Positions 50,568 to 63,450 of a DNA stretch of 64,000 bases are shown piece after piece; position 1 is the first letter of the stretch, and each line of letters opens with the position of its first letter. A model generated the notes under the pieces. The model saw only the letters and a list, made by a program, of their open reading frames with translations. It was not told the DNA's origin and did not search any database. The DNA comes from Ginglymostoma cirratum (lineage: Eukaryota), in contig JAHRHZ010000140.1 of the NCBI GenBank assembly GCA_024137785.1, positions 19,267,707 to 19,331,706 of the forward strand, in the 5' to 3' direction. The translations under genes were made by a program, and so were the position numbers.

Positions 50568-51749
50568 CTGGACAAAAGAACAGTGTTAATTATATTCATA
50601 AGCTGTAGAAAATGCAACTAATTACTCTTGAAGTTATTAAAAAGTCAATTTTTCTTTTCACACTGGAAACCAAATTGAAACAAAGAACTGGACAGTTTAA
50701 CTGTTAATTTTTCAAGTAGGAATGCAAGTAACACAAAATGAGAGAACACATAAAGCCACCTGTAAAATGACAGAAACCTGCTAAAATGGAACTTTTGTAT
50801 TTAGGTGAGTGAAGCATCCTGAAATGAATAATAGCTTTAAAACAGAATTAGACAGACACATAATATCATGTAATACAATATAAACAGTGTAAAATCTGTC
50901 TCAAAGGTTTTGTTTCCTTTCTTTGGGTTGTACAATGTGGAACAGTACAGAGATGCAGAAACCTTTTTCTCCTTCAAAGTATGGTTTATAATAAAGTTGC
51001 TTCAAAATATATTGCAAGCAACATAGAAAAAAATACATAACTAATATTGTTTCTCCTTTGATTTTTTATATCACATGTATTCAAGCAAAAAGTAGAGGAG
51101 TACAGTGAAAAGTGTATACTGTCACCAAACAAAGTGTCATTGTAAGTACAAGTACCTAGGTACAGAATCTTTAGAACAAGATAGAAAGAAAGAACAAAGT
51201 TAAAAGTTAAACATTACAACAATTATAGCATTGTGTAAACCCTACAAAATATGGTTAAAAGTTACAGTTCTTCTTAGTTTTAAGTAGAGAATAAAGAAAT
51301 AAAGCTGACAGTTCAAACATTACAGTCTTTCTTTAGTGCTTAGCCATGGTGGGATCGCACTTCGAGGAACCACCTTGAGACCATTAGTCCACAGTGAGGC
51401 CACACCAGGCTGAATGACTGCCACACTAGATGCGGTACCGATTCATATTTTGGAAGACCAAAACAATTTCTTCAGAATAACCAACAGAGATTTGCACTAA
51501 ATAATTCATGGCTTGAATTTCAGGATTATGAAGTATGCACTTAGTTGAGAAAGTAGTCTTTAGTTTGTCTTCAATTATAATTAAATGGCCTTTCTGATCT
51601 GCCATGTATGCATCACGTATAGGCAGGATGGTTAAAAAGGTGGTTGGCACACTTGCCCTCATTACTCAGTCCTTTGAGTGCAGGAGTTCGAAAGTCATGT
51701 TGAGATTGCACAGGACATTGGTGAGGCTTCTTCTGGAATATTGTATCAG

Positions 51750-51952
51750 AGATAAAAAGTACTGCAGATGCTGGAGAATCCGAGATAACAAGCATGGGGC
51801 TAGATGAACACAGCAGGTCAAGCAGCATCATAGGAGCAGGAAACCTTGACGTTTCGGGCCTAAACCCTTCATCAGAAGGGTCTAGGCCCAAAACGTCAAG
51901 TTTTCCTGCTCGACCTGCTGTGTTCATCCAGCCCCATGCTTGTTATCTCGTA
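51750..51952 (-). mobile_element. Complete about 200-bp PLE-derived hairpin element
   Basis: Tail plus arm 51781-51872 mirrored by 51875-51950; TSD ttctggaatattgt at 51731 and 51953. Confidence 0.88.
51844..51879 (-). ncRNA. Minimal type-I hammerhead ribozyme motif (GUC site), sense to the ATRNL1 pre-mRNA
   Basis: Minus strand: ccuu CUGAUGA A GGGU-UUAG-GCCC GAAA CG UC aagg; 4-bp stem I, 4-bp stem II, all core nucleotides present. Confidence 0.7.
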
Positions 51953-54519
51953 TTCTGGAATATTGTGTCCAGTTCTGGTCACCCAATTTTAGGAAAGGAC
52001 ATTAAGCTGGAGAGGGTTCTGAAGGGATTTACCAGGATGTTGCCAGGTATGAGTTTGAGTTATAGGTTTGAGTTATAAAGGAAGGCTGGAGACTTCTTTT
52101 CTTGAGTGTAGGAGATTGACAGGCGATGTTATAAAAGTTTATAAAATAATGAGGGGTAGAGATAGAGTTAATAGTAGTTGCCTTTTCCCCTGGATGGGGG
52201 ATTTAAAGACTAGGGGCACTTAAAGACTAGGGGCACATTTTCAAGGCGAGAGGAGAGAGATTTAACATGACAATTTATTTTTAAAACAGAGAGGGTGGTT
52301 CATGTGTGGAATGAACTTACTGAGGATGTGGATACAATTGCAACATTTAAAAGACATTTGGATAAGTACGTGAATAGGAAAGGCTTGGAGGGATATGGGC
52401 CAGGAGCAGGCAGGTGAGAGTGTTTAGTTTGGGATCATGTTCAGCATGGACTGGTTGAACCAAAGGGTCTGTTTCCGTGCTCAATGACTCTCCACGCAGT
52501 ATGCACTTTCTACATGACAGGTAACTGCAATGACTCACTAGGACTTCTTCATCAAACGAGAATTCCAACCTAACAATATTATAGGAATATTAAGGATGGC
52601 CTGATAAGGTAGTCAGAAAGCACATGAGACAATGTAGGACTACGGAACATAACCTACAAAATGAAGAATGGTCTTTCAGGAACAAAGTCGAGAAAAGCCT
52701 CTTACATGGAAAGAGTAATCAAACAGTGGAACCTTTTACTCAACAGTTGCTATTGCATCAATTATTTATTTTAAATATAACATTTGTTGATATCAATCTA
52801 AAATTTACTGACTGAGTTATCCAAAATGAAGTAAGTGAAATTGATTGAGGAGAAAACATATGAAGCCTGGTGATGACTTCATGATTTGAAAAGTCCCTGG
52901 TTTTAATGTGTTGCGCTTTGCTAAAAGAATGTGTATTTGTTTACATCAAGCATTGTAACTCAGCTGAAATGGATTGGACTGTCAAAATAACTCTGAAAAA
53001 GCTGAAGTCTTGTTTAAAAACAGACACAGTTAATTAGAGATAATAACGTGGATTATTCATCAGCTGAATCTGTGATCACAAGACAACTGCACTGTGTAAA
53101 TATCATACAATTTGATTAGATGTAAAAGCAAACACAAGCTAAAGCTAAGTTCAACGTTTATTAAAAGCAATAAGCTTCTTTGCAAAGAGACACAAGTAAG
53201 TCCTTATGATTTAATTGATTAAAGTGGTCATGATAGTTGAAGTGCTTGTGATGTTTACCAATGGTCAAACTAATCATTTGCTGGAGGTGCAGCTTCTTTG
53301 AATGGAAAGAGTATTTTTAAAAAAAATCTTGCCCTACTGCACAAATAGTTGGCTCTGGGAGTGGAGGTCATATGATCAGCAGCTAGAAATTGGGACAGAT
53401 TAGGTTGATCACCTGTTCTCATCAAATCTTCAGACAAGTCCAGATAAAAGCATTCACTTGTGATTGTAAGCACAGTATGGGCAAGATTTTTGGAGTTTTC
53501 TTTTGTACTTGAGCATATTCTGTTGTTAGAACGGCCTTGACATCCAAAGTAAACCTGACAGACGAGGAAAAGTGGGAATAAATGTCTTATTAGTAGATTA
53601 ACAGATTTCTGTTAGCCAAATTTCAAGATATGGGGCAAAAGCAGATATATAGAGTCAGAATGCATATCAGCCAGGCTCTGTTTGAATGACAGAATAGGAC
53701 TGAGTGGCTAATTATCCTACTTCCATGCTCCTTTCAATACCTTCATGACATGGTTTGCAGTATTCAAGAAAGATGTTCTTAAACAAATTGGTAATGGCAC
53801 AGAATGGCTTGCTGTACAGACAGCTGGTATGTAATCAGTGGGTTAAATGGTGTCCTGTGTTGTAATGGCTTGAGTGTATTGCTATGATTGCTTCTTGGAT
53901 ATCAGTCAAATTTTAACTGATACATGCAAGACTGCCGCATGAAATAATTCTGAAACATTTTCTAAGCGTCGTGTAGACTAACAGTTACGTACAGTGCCTC
54001 TGGAAATCATTTCTCCAAGGTCTTCAATATTATTGAGCCCCCAACTTCATAAAACCTGCTTCTACTTTCATTCCAACATTCACAAACGGCACTGCCCCAG
54101 TAGACCCATTATTTCAATTTGCTCTTTGCCTCAGAGATCTACCTTTTAAAACTTTACATTCATGAATCTTCTGTTGATCTTGTACTTTAATAAGTTCCTG
54201 GCTCTTAAAACTGCCCTGCATCCTCCTTGAACGGATATCCAACCAAGCAATATCTATAATGACTCTTCAATGCCTGGTTGAACTTGTTCATTCATTAACG
54301 CAACTTTTCCTTTTCCTGAAACAGAAGATGTTGCTATGGGAGCCTTTACAAGTCCAGCTGCAGATACCTTTTTACCAGGATATGGTGAATATTCTGGGTT
54401 CCAGTCCAAATTCCTCCCTCACCTCTTTTTGCCATTTCCTACTTTCAAGCCCAAACTAGAAAATCTCATCAACCTGCTTTCCAATTTCCACCCTTACCAT
54501 GCTTTACAGAATGAGGCTG

Positions 54520-56030
54520 GGAAATAATAATGAAGCGCAAGGAAATGATAGAGAAATTGAATAAATATTTTGCATCAGTCATCATGGTAAAAGGTACTAA
54601 CAGCATTCCAAAACTGATCAAGGAGCATAAGGGGGAAAGAAATGAAATACAATAACTAATCATTAGAGAAAAAAGTACTAGGGATTGAAGTTGATAGGTT
54701 CCCTAGACCTGATGGGTTGCATCTTAGGATATAAGAGGAAGTAGCTACAGAGACAGTGGACAGTGGTTGAATCAAAGAAGACTTCAATTCTGGAAAAGTC
54801 CTGGAGAATTGGTAAATTGCAAATATTCAAACAGGAAAGGATGCTAAAAACATGTTACTAGAGACTAGTTAGCTTAACATCTGTCACTGAAAAAATGTTT
54901 GAGTCTATTATGAAGGATGTAATAGCAAAGTATTTAGAAATACACAATAATAACAAAGCAAAGTCAACATGACTTCAAAGGGAAAATCAAGCTCAACAAA
55001 TTTATTAGAATTTATGACGAGGTAACAAGCAGGGTAGATAAAGAGGAAATCAGGAGATGTGGTATATTTGAATTTCCCAAATGCATTTAAATGAAAATAC
55101 TGCACATAAGTCTACTTAGTAAGATATGAGCCTGTGGTTTTAAAGATGGCATATTAGCATAGCTAGATGAATGGCAAACTAACAGGAAATAGGAAACCTT
55201 TGATCTTTTACTTATAAATTCTGTGCCCGATACAACCTCTCACACTAATACCCGAAGGAGGCCTGAGGCTCCAAAAGCTTGTGTTTTCAAATAAACCTGT
55301 TGGAGTATAACCTGGTGTCATGTGATTTCTGACCTTGTCCACCCCAGTCCAACACTGGCATCTCTACATAATAGAAAATAGAGTAGGGATAAGGAGAACA
55401 TTTTCAGGATGACAACCTGCAACTTATTGAGTGTCATGGGAATCAGAGCAAGAGCCACAATTATTTACAATATATAATAATGCTTTGATTGAGGTAAAGT
55501 AATGTACTATTACCAATTGTGTTGATGACACAAAAATAGGTGGGAAGCAAATGGTGAGGATGACAGTCTATTTAGGGATCTAGGCAGATTAAGTGTGCAA
55601 AAACTTGGCAGGTGGAAAATATGTGCAAAAATGTGAGGTCACGTACCTTGGCAGGAAACAATAGAAGGGCTAAATAGTATTTAAATGAAGAAAGGCTGAT
55701 TTCTCAATACAAAAAGCAAGCATACAAGATCTGCAAGTATTATGGAAGACAAATAGAACACTTCACTTTCAAGAGAATGGAATGTAAGAACAGGGAGGAC
55801 TTGACAAATCTGTACAAGATACTGGCCAGACTGCAACTAGAATACCGTGAACAATTTCGGTCCTCTTATCTAAGGAAAGATATATTGTCTTTGAAGACAA
55901 TCCAGAAAAGCCTCACCTCAGTTGATCCAAGGTATACAGGTTTTTTTTTTAATGAGGACAGCTTGAGTAGAATGGGCCTGTACTCACCGGAGTTTAGAAA
56001 GAGAGTTGACCTCTTTGAAACATGTATATT
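54520..56030 (+). mobile_element. Decayed CR1 ORF2 (RT region)
   Basis: KLNKYFASV, PRPDGLHLRI, DVVYLNFPNAF, ddtkig-like motif, LYKILARLQLEY. Confidence 0.7.
55196..55371 (+). mobile_element. Solo 3' terminus of the third PLE family, inserted in CR1
   Basis: Matches 33890-34063 including the tail (gaccttgtccaccccagtccaacactggcatctctaca). Confidence 0.75.
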
Positions 56031-59000
56031 TTTCATGATCGGTGATGACCAGAACTACAAAGCAACACTTCAGGCGTGACCTGACAAGGACTTTACAAAG
56101 ACTCAGGGTTCTCTACTTTTCTACTCCACAACACTATTTCAAAAGCCCAGAATCCCGTATGCTTTGCTAACTTCTCTCTCAATAACTCCTACCTTTTTCA
56201 AAGGCCTATGCTCATGAACCCTCACATCGCTTTGCCCCTATACACTTCGTTTGGAACTGTCTCCTTCAGTGAATATCACTTCTCCTTATCTTTTTACTAT
56301 TATAATCAATTGACATCATCCCCATTAACTCCCACGCATACAGGCTTGATGTCATTGGCAAATTTTTGAGCAATGAAAAAGAAAGGAGAATATATTTCAC
56401 TTGGTCTGCACTCTACTGCAGCATGTTCACAACTTCAGAAAGCACACATGGTTAACTATTAAAAGACAGCAAAATTAACCTTGCCCTGACTTTTGGCCCT
56501 TTAGGAAAATAATAACTAGTCATGCGTGCCTAATAGATAAACCTGAAGAGAGATAACATGGGATTTGAATTCTGACCCAGACGGTCGCAGATAATACAAC
56601 TGAACAATAGCTTTCCGATTCAAGTGAAACTGGAAAACAGTTTTTGGAAAAAAAAAATCAAAAAGCTGATTTGCAACATTTACTGGTTGAAATGAACATT
56701 AATAGTGCAATTTTTATGCAAGAAAATTAAACTTAGAGAATCAGATTGATTCAGCTAAATGGGAACATTCACTTAAAAAAAACTGAAAATTCTAAATGGA
56801 AAACAATGAATTGTTTGAACTGCAGAAGTTCCAAATAACATAAAATGGGATAATGAGCCAATGAAGCGACTCTCAAAAGACTAAAATAACTATAACACTA
56901 ACCCAAATAGAACTAGTCTTAAATATGTATTATAGTGAAGCTACTTGGACTATGACACTGATTATATTGGAGCTAATCCAAAAACGTGACATATTAAATG
57001 TATCTAGCAAAATAGTATGTGAAGAGTGAAAGTAAAAAGGATTTCCTATTTCCTAAGATTTCCTATGTATCTGCCCTCAGCAGTCCAATATTATACTAGT
57101 TACCTTAACTAGGAGATGCACACAACACTCCAACCAATGCCAGCAAGTAAATTATTTTCCGTAAATTGAGTCAGCCAACTAATAGGCAAATTGACATAAG
57201 TAAGACTTTCCGGATATTTTGAATGAAAATTATTCTGCAAATCAAACCATTTCAAAGTAAATGGAGCAATTCAGTTATATTGTTTAAATGCTCTGACCAG
57301 TGTCAACTTGCCTACTTTAAAACTGAAACAAAGCCTGGCAGTTAACTGTCAATCAGCATTAATGGGTTAATTCTCCATAGCAACAATTCTACTGGAGTCT
57401 ACTGGCCAACCAATCTGCACTCTCCTCTCATGCAGTGTAAATGTTAATTTTCCTCTCCAAATGTATTCTCGCAAATTGTCTTGATGAATCCAAGAGAAAA
57501 AGCTTCAATAAAATGTGCCTCTTTTTCAGCAATCCCATGTTCTGTTCTACCAAATAATAATTTGGTAATAGCTAATTAACGAGCGCATATAGCTACGCTC
57601 AAAGTTCAACTGATAACATCAGTTGTGCATAGTTTCAAATACTTAAGGATTGAAGCATTCCAGTACAACATACAGAGACCATACTGATACAGAATACAGA
57701 AGACGAGCAGCAACTGATTTCATCTTCTGAAATTCTTTCTGCAAACTTCTGCTTAGGATTACGGAGGGATACGAGCTAAGACACCTCTGGACCATTGCCT
57801 AGATTGACTAGATGGATTAATTTGATTGTCCCTGAACTGAACTTGTGATATATCCACTGGACCTGCATTATGTTGCAAATTCAGTCTCCTTAATTTAAAA
57901 TAAACCAAGGCTATCACTGAAAGACTGTGCGTGAATCCCTGACAATGATCATTCTCAAGTAACAGAGATTTATGCAATTTTTGAAAGCACAAACTGGAGC
58001 TAATTCCACCACATATAGTAACCGTAGTTATCGAAATGGATCACATCACATTCCTGTGGTTCTAACACTTGTATAGTGCCTATGATGTTGCAAAGCAAAT
58101 TAATATCTCACATGGAACAAAACAAAGGCAAGAAGTGGGAACAGATGGAAGTGGGAGAAATACACAGTAGGCCACAGATTCAAAGCGATATTAAAAGACA
58201 AAAATAAAATATGGTTAGTAAATAACATTTCAAGCTGCAATTTTAGTATGTATAGCTTTGAAAAACAATAGTGTTAATTGATAGATAGACAGCATTCATT
58301 GAGAGGGACTAGATGGGACAGGCGTTATGTACGTAGTTTCAGTAGTGGACTAATAAATGAGGATGTAAGGGAAGAGATGATGAATGCACCTGAAAGTGTT
58401 TTTTACTCATCTGGGTGGGTAGCAAAACATAATAGTATCAAAGCCTTTGAGCTCTCGGTAGTTTAAAAATATAGCCTTATGTTTCAGGTATACGGATCTG
58501 AATCAAGATGAAACAAATCACAGATAAGAAGATTCACTTCCCAATTATCACTAAAGGCCCTCAAGGAAATCCCAATCTTTTTATAGGAACTCACAATGAA
58601 CAATTCAACAGCAAATCAACTATAAGAATCAACCACAGTACCCACACAGAATGAACAGGACACATCATAAACATTACAAATTTGGGAATTTGGAGAGAGC
58701 AACAATTCAGTGCAGGCAATTCAGGGAAGGCAGTGTTGTTTCTTCCACCACGAGCTATCATGGGTTGTGCAAGCTTGAGGCAATAACATGTAATAAATCA
58801 TTCCTTTCATTGGTCATCATTGCTGTACATTAATTCTTGCATTACGATTAATCAAAATCAAGAAGTTCACTTGTCAGACAGCAGTCAAAATGGCCAAAAT
58901 AGTGAAAAAAAATTCCATAGCTCAAAAACCAAACAGAAACTTTACAAGTTAAAACTACATAAAATATTCATATGGACTACAAAGCTGTGTTCAACATCTT

Positions 59001-59253
59001 CCTGGAAACTCTAGGTGATACAATTCCTGAATTTCAACAGAGGTAGAAGCAGACTGCCCCAAGGAAGGAATAGATTTACGCTAAGTGTAATGGCATATGT
59101 TAAATCAACAGATAGGTAACATTGGTTGAGGGAGATGATAGCAATACATACATGTGTGTGATTAAGAGTGTCAGGAGTGGATTGATGAATGGGTATGAGG
59201 GAAGAAATGGATGCATGCACCTGCAAGTGTTCTATTGTGGAAGAAAAATTTTG

Positions 59254-59334
59254 CATCGCAAGGGTAGATGGGAATTTAGGCCAAGACAGAAATTACATCG
59301 CAAGGGTAGATGGGAATTTAGGCCAAGACAGAAA
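59254..59334 (+). repeat. 42-bp-period direct tandem duplication
   Basis: catcgcaagggtagatgggaatttaggccaagacagaaa present twice, identical. Confidence 0.95.
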
Positions 59335-60779
59335 AGGCAGCCATAGGAGAAACTGATGGCATAGAGAAAGAATTTTAATTAGTTTAGCATGTGGGATTTT
59401 AATGAGCTTAGCAGAAGTCGGGAGGTAGTTACTCAGACTGTGTTATCACTATGTGCATGTTACCTTAGCTAGAGTTAGAGAAGGATCTCTTCATATATTG
59501 TCACTATACCAAGGTTTTAGGCTGGATCAGAGATGTCCCTTGTATCCCCGTGGAGCCTAGTTACTGATAAGCTAGAGTTTCAATCAAACTGTATATCACA
59601 CCCTACGCTGGCAGCATGCCGAAGGTCATTTGAAGAAGTAATTATTAAGGTATCTGTAAGACAGCATTCCTGTTATCTCAAGCAGTGTCTGTTTTCTTTA
59701 AGCATACAATGAATGAATCAACAAACACGATGTCACGGGAACACCCTGCTGTGAAGTTAATTGTATAAATGAAATTGTTATATTCTGTATTAGCAGAGTC
59801 GGGTGCCGGTGGAGATCGACACTCACTCTCCTTGGTACTAAGAAAGAAAATAAACTGCTTCGAACGGGAACTGGAGTCTAGGCTCATTATTAGTTAAGCA
59901 GAAATAAAAATTTCCACGACATTTGTACTCATATGGCTAGGTAAGGAGTTATAGTTTGTCACTGAGTTAAACCAAGTACTCAGCACCTTCATCTGATATA
60001 GTGTGAATGGTCATGATGTAGTCAAACAATTGAAGGATGTCCAAATTTTCTATGGAAGGCTGAAACCAGAGACTTCACCAATAGAGTCACTTCGTTGCTA
60101 GTTTTTCGAAGTGGTTTGCAGAAAGCCAGGTGGTGCACCATTGAGAGGTGAGGTTGTCATCAGTTTGTAGTGTGGGGACCATGTTTCTGCAGGTACTTCA
60201 AAACAGTTTGTGGGTTTTTCTTTTGAGGTTGTATGTTGAATAAGAGTACATTTTTCATAGTCAGGAAGTGGTATTCTTTGACAAGGTGTTTTCCTTAAGG
60301 ACACCACGTGTTCAATATGTCTTAGCACAGACCAGCCACTCAACCTGTGTTGATCTTAACATTCAAGAAATAATTTTCAGTCTACCATATTTGTACGGCA
60401 GGCTCTTGAACCACGTTGAGCAGTAATACTCAGTCAGGAAGGAGATAGCAACTTTCATTTAATCCTCCTGTTAAAATTAACTTATCCAATTTGAAAAAAG
60501 TTCAAAAAAGAATTTAGTGAGAAACACATTCAATTTATATCTAAGATTCTGAGGCTGAGCCCAAAAAAAAAAGGATAATTAAAGAATTAAAATACAACAT
60601 AAAACTAGAACAAAAATCATACAAAAAATGCAAAAAGGGAGTATGAAAAGAAACTGAACGTCAGGAACAAATTTTTTAAAAATACATTCAGTAAAAGGGG
60701 AGATCAAAACCAATGTCTCTTCACAATGGTAACGACAATATTCAAGTAATATCTCAGTTATGAATGCAGATTGGAGAAG

Positions 60780-61725
60780 TTAATATGGTTTCCCTGAAGA
60801 TGACGAACGTGAGATTTGATGGAGGTATTTAAAGTGGTGAGGAGTCTCCCAGACTAGATGAAGGGAGAAACTATTTCAACTTGAGAAAGGATCAAAAGCA
60901 AGACCACACAGATTTTAAATAACTATTAAAAAAAGTAGAGGGGAATTTTGTTGACATAATAAGTGCTTAAGTTTTGGAATATACTGACCAAGAGTAAGAA
61001 ATTGGTAGGTTCATACAGGCCTTCAAAAAGGAAATTAGATAATTACCTGAAGAGGAATCTGCCAGATTGAAGGGTGGGGGAGGGATTGGTACGAAGCAAA
61101 CTGCTTGTTTTGAGAGCCAGTGCAAGCACAATAGGCTGAATGGCTCCTGTCTGCTCTGTAAAATTCTGAGATTTTGGGAACCATCTTGGATGAGCAGTTT
61201 GTAACTTTATAATTTACCACATTATGACTGTGGGCTGAAAAGGAAAATGAATGTTTTCATTTTCAAAAAAGTTCATTAGGTCGATCATAAGTGTGGAGGG
61301 GCTTTCTTTCGAGGACAGAAAGTTAAAAGAATGAGGTGTCCTTATTGAAATATACAAGCTTCTTGGGGGACTTGAAAAGGTAAATGTGGAAAGATTGTTT
61401 TCCCTTGTAGGAGAGTCTAGGACCAGAGTGCATAATCTCAGAATAAAGGGTCAACCTTTTAAATCAGATGAGGAGGAATTTCTTCTCCCAAGGGATAGTG
61501 AAATTGTGAAATGCTTTATCACAGAGGGTTGTAAAGGCTGGGCTATTGAGCACATTCCAAGCTGAGACAGACAAATTTTTAATCTGTAGGCAATCTTGGG
61601 TTATGGGAAAAGGCACAAAAGTAGAGTTGAAGATCACCAGATCAACTATAATCTCACTGAATGACAGAACAGACCCGGTGGACTGAATAGTCCACTTATG
61701 CTCCCACGTCTTCTGGTCTTATAGT
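60780..61725 (+). mobile_element. Two decayed CR1 3' fragments
   Basis: gatttgatggaggtatttaaa...; cttattgaaatatacaag...aggaatttcttctcccaaggg; CR1-type tails. Confidence 0.6.
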
Positions 61726-63019
61726 TCCTATTTAAATGCTCCACCTCTTTCTTCTTTTCATTTTGAAGTTCCTAAAACCTAACTCCTTGACCATGTTTTT
61801 GGTTGCTTGCTCTAATATCTCGTTGTGTGGCTTGGTGTTAGTTTTTCCTCTACATTGCCCATGCTATGGCTTCAGATGTTATAAACGTATAGATGCTTTA
61901 TAAAATTTTATTGTCAAAAAGCAATGCCAGTATGTAAGAAATATTCTGCAAAAGCATGGTTAAGCTGCTTTTCTCACTAACTCACAAGCAGAAAAGAAAA
62001 CTTGCCACAACACCTTTGTTTCATTTTGTTACAAAATATTCCCCTCAAAAGTCAAAGAATTGTTTACATTCTCATAATAATTAAAATTCCACAAAATCAA
62101 TGCTTCGTCCAGTATTTTCAAATGTTAATGTGCTTCTGTCATATGTTTTGTTATTCATCGATGAATCAAGCTGCTGATTCTATTTTAAAAACACTTTGTC
62201 AATTACTTGCTCTTTGCATTTTCTATACAAGCATTGCTCACTATTGATTTTACATTTAATTACTTGGGAAATAACAACTCATTATCTCTTGCATACTTAG
62301 AAATTACTTAAGGTATTACTATCGAAGTTGTAAATCAAAGTTATGTTCCGTAAGAGCTTTACTGAAAACCTTCCTCATTGTCACTAGTTTATAAAATTTC
62401 AACTATATTTCAAACAATTTCCCAAGTTCCTTTCCCAGAAACAAAGCAAACTACTTTGTAGCTATTCTAAAAACAGGAGCACATGTTCACACAAAGAAAC
62501 CTCTGCTTTGGATTGGTACAGAAAGCACAGGTTTAGTTATGATGGTTTGAGCATTGGTTTCTATAGGGATTATAACAGTACCGACAATGTTTTTAATGAG
62601 AGATAAATTTTGCAGGCACCAACAGAAATTATTGGAAGACAATATTTAATCGTTTCAGTCTTTTCTTGTTGTCAGGGTGGCAATTATACAATATAGAAAA
62701 ATCTTAATGGAAAGAGCAAAAAGATTCAACCAGATACAAAGCAATAAATCTTTATAACCAAGCTCAGGGCACTTTATTCACTTTAAGATTTTTTTTTAAA
62801 CTGACTTTTCAGAAATTTTCTGTCTCTCTCAGGGTTACACGCACTTCTCAGCCTTTCTCCATGTAGTACTGCAACAGTTTAAGGCACCTTTTCAGTACTG
62901 CAGCCTGGAGACTTCCTCAAACTAGTCTCTCAGCCTAGAGATGCCTACAGAACTCAAACTGCCCTTCTATCACTATGACGTCTCTTCTTCTAAAGTTGTT
63001 CAGCTGGCAGCCCATGCTA

Positions 63020-63450
63020 CCAATTGCAGGCTATTAGGAAAGCTAATGGAATGCTAGCTTTCGTTCCGAAAGGACTTGAATAAGGAATAGTGAAGTCTTG
63101 GTTCAACTGAATAGGAACTTGGTTAGACCTCACCTGGAATATTGTGTTCAAAAGTTCACCAGATTTGTTCCTGAATGATGGAACTGTCCTACAGAGAGAG
63201 ATTGGACAAACTGGACCTATTGTCTCCAGAGTTTTGAGAAATGAGACATAATTTTATTGAAATATACAAAATGCTTAAGGGATAGACAGGGTTCAATGCA
63301 GTCAGATCTTTTCTGTGATCAGGGAATCTAGAACTGGGGGCACAACTCTAAAACAAAGAGGATGCCATTTAGCACCAAAATGAGAATTTTTTTTTTAAAA
63401 ACGTGAATCATTGGAATTCTGTGCCCTGAAGGCCATGGAAACTCAGTCAC
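63020..63450 (+). mobile_element. CR1 fragment
   Basis: aggaaagctaatggaatgctagcttt...ggttagacctcacctggaatattgtgttca (KANGML..LVRPHLEYCVQ). Confidence 0.7.

Larger units (their letters stand above)
51600..52492 (+). mobile_element. CR1/HER1 3' fragment interrupted by a hairpin element
   Basis: KVMLRLHRTLVRLLLEYC before and DIKLERVLKGFTRMLPG after the insertion; CR1 tail at about 52460-52490. Confidence 0.85.

Noticed and set aside
9644-51952. Hairpin elements as DNA-transposon MITEs, pre-miRNAs or CRISPR-like repeats
   Set aside because: The arms match PLE termini, TSD lengths vary (12-16 bp), the tail is one-sided, and there is no repeat-spacer array.
9120-55371. PLE targeting preference for CR1 relics (insertions at 9644, 31321, 51750, 55196)
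   Set aside because: CR1 relics cover much of the introns and the target sequences share no obvious motif; too few events to claim a preference.
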